This document shows, piece by piece, positions 62,704 to 64,000 of a DNA stretch of 64,000 nt; the stretch's first letter is position 1, and each line of letters opens with the position of its first letter. The DNA lies in the NCBI GenBank assembly GCA_029976005.1, contig JARKOQ010000218.1, positions 66,602 to 130,601 of the forward strand, read 5' to 3'. Source of the DNA: Aggregatilineales bacterium. GTDB lineage: Bacteria > Chloroflexota > Anaerolineae > Aggregatilineales > Ch27. The position numbers were made by a program, and so were the translations under genes. Under the pieces are notes generated by a model that was given only the letters and a program-made list of their open reading frames with translations, did no database searches and was not told where the DNA came from.

Positions 62704-64000
62704 TCAGCCCGCCTTCACCAGCCGTCCAACCTGGAGGGCAAGTTCCTCCAGCGGGATGTCGAAGCGTTCCTCGCTGTGCCGCCACTTCGCCTCCACGGCC
62801 CCCCGCCCCAGCGCCCGCTCGCTGACTGTCAGCCGCAGCGGCACACCGATCAGATCGGCATCGGCAAACTTCACGCCGGGGTGCTCCGGCCGGTCGTCCA
62901 GCAGGACGTCGATCCCGGCAGCCCGCAGCGTCTGCTCGATCTCCCGGCCGCGCTCGTGGTAGCCCTCCTGCTTGCCCAGCGTGACGATATGCACGTCAAA
63001 CGGGGCCACGCTGCCCGGCCAGACGATGCCCTGCTCGTCGTGGTGCATCTCAATGATCGCCGCCACCAGCCGGTCCAACCCGATCCCGTAGCTGCCCATC
63101 ACGACCGGCTGAGCCATCCCCTGCTCGTCCACAAAGGTCGCGCCGGCCGGCTGGCTGTAGCGTGTCCCCAGTTTGAAGCAGTGGCCCAGTTCGATCGCCC
63201 TCTCGATGTGCAGATGGCCGGCCCCGCACTGTCCGCAGACCGCGCCTTCGTACGCCTCCGCGATCTCGGCCAGGAGCGTCACGGCGAAGTCGCGCGGGTA
63301 GTTGACCCCGGTCAGATGGTAGCCCGGCTCGTTCGCGCCGGCCACGAAGTTCGCCCCGACGGTAATCGACCGGTCGGCCACCACGGTCACGCCGCCCGCC
63401 TGCCCATCCTGCCGGACGCGCAGCCCTGTCGGTGATGCATAGCCCGGCTCGGCCCCGACCGCCATGATCTCCTCCTCGGTCGCCGGGCGCAGCGTGCCGC
63501 CGCCAAGCGCGTTGACCAGCCGGGTCTCATTGACTTCGAGATCGCCGCGCACGACGACGAACACGAACTCCTGCTCGTCGTGCACGAAGAAGACCGCCTT
63601 GAGCGTCTGCCGGGTCGGGACGCCGATGAAATCCGCCACCTGCTGGATCGTCTTGCAGTCCGGCGTGGCGACCTTGCGCGCGGCTTCCAGTGGCGCATCG
63701 ATGCCCGCCGGGGCCACGAAGCGGGCCACCTCCAGGTTGGCCGCATAGCCGCACCGGTCGCACCGCGCGAAGCGATCCTCCCCCTGCGGGTGGCTGAGCG
63801 CGAATTCCTGCCCGCCGAGGCCGCCCATCGCCCCGGTATCCGCCTCCAGGGGGACGACCGACAGGCCCACCCGCGCGAAGATGCGCATATAAGCCTCATA
63901 CATCGCCTGATAGGCCCGGTCCAGCCCGGCCCGATCACGGTCGAGCGTGTACGCGTCCTTCATCGTGAATTCGCGCAGCCGGACCAACCCACCGCGCGGG
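62704..64000 (-). CDS. proS: Prolyl-tRNA synthetase, C-terminal ~430 aa (5' end outside window)
   Basis: Open to the window edge. Class II motif REFTMKDAY, INS editing domain (FVFVVVRGDLEVNE) and anticodon-binding C-terminus. Stop at 62704-62706. Confidence 0.93.
   Translation of the reverse strand, partial: PRGGLVRLREFTMKDAYTLDRDRAGLDRAYQAMYEAYMRIFARVGLSVVPLEADTGAMGGLGGQEFALSHPQGEDRFARCDRCGYAANLEVARFVAPAGIDAPLEAARKVATPDCKTIQQVADFIGVPTRQTLKAVFFVHDEQEFVFVVVRGDLEVNETRLVNALGGGTLRPATEEEIMAVGAEPGYASPTGLRVRQDGQAGGVTVVADRSITVGANFVAGANEPGYHLTGVNYPRDFAVTLLAEIAEAYEGAVCGQCGAGHLHIERAIELGHCFKLGTRYSQPAGATFVDEQGMAQPVVMGSYGIGLDRLVAAIIEMHHDEQGIVWPGSVAPFDVHIVTLGKQEGYHERGREIEQTLRAAGIDVLLDDRPEHPGVKFADADLIGVPLRLTVSERALGRGAVEAKWRHSEERFDIPLEELALQVGRLVKAG

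Noticed and set aside
62624-62962. Plus-strand 112-aa ORF preceded by a perfect AAGGAGG (62596-62602) in the proS-nusA spacer
   Set aside because: The SD-to-ATG spacing is about 21 nt. The ORF runs antisense into proS and has shadow-type composition. The AAGGAGG is more simply the complement of the CCUCCUU tract in the nusA leader.

Overview
This is a high-GC (roughly 63-65 percent by eye), densely coding stretch of bacterial chromosome. I count about 59 protein genes and one tRNA-His. I found no rRNA, CRISPR array, transposase, integrase, prophage or recognisable defence island.

Gene content in window order:
- clpX 3' end, a degenerate MBL-fold protein, an AAA+ ATPase, a receiver-domain protein, an SDR epimerase and nnr.
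- A small ytxH/DUF948-like membrane-protein group, DUF3307, and an SRPBCC protein with a long Pro/Glu tail.
- A long minus-strand array: sufC-sufB-sufD, terminator, GT-C-like membrane protein, sufS, sufU, Rieske ferredoxin, GDPD, ChbG-like deacetylase, methyltransferase, tRNA-His. It is driven from a region shared with divergent sufR-sufT.
- Two tandem GH-like/M23 wall hydrolases, then selD.
- fhaA-fhaB-SDR-mtnP-rodA-PBP.
- A CpXC protein, a cytoplasmic GAF-PAS histidine kinase, a class III aminotransferase and a ROK kinase.
- mutS-fmdB, DUF1385-recJ and fmt.
- A larA-like gene plus a metallophosphoesterase, mdh, and three tandem histidine phosphatases.
- A hypothetical protein, a ThiS/MoaD-like protein, era, and a second hypothetical protein.
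- ribF, the nusA-ylxR-infB-rbfA-nrnA-truB operon, and the proS 3' part.

The gene order looks Chloroflexota- or Terrabacteria-like; that is inference only. Many very long ORFs in the track are antisense shadows typical of GC-rich DNA.

I cannot defend a self-contained novel multi-gene system in this window. The best-supported unusual items are:
1. selD is a selenoprotein gene. Its N-terminus is recovered only by reading through an in-frame UGA that is followed by SECIS-like hairpins.
2. The class B PBP coupled to the SEDS gene has lost all three transpeptidase motifs.
3. Two endolysin-like GH-like/M23 paralogs lack any export signal.
4. The nusA leader has a promoter, then a terminator hairpin, then an RBS-mimic arrangement, and there is no rimP.
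5. The receiver domain next to the AAA+ ATPase carries Asn at the phospho-acceptor position.
6. An orphan beta-grasp protein ends in Gly-Gly.
7. Extended -10 promoter motifs recur across the window, and two genes are predicted to be leaderless.

Small motif coordinates were mapped by hand against ORF-track anchors and could be off by 1-2 nt.
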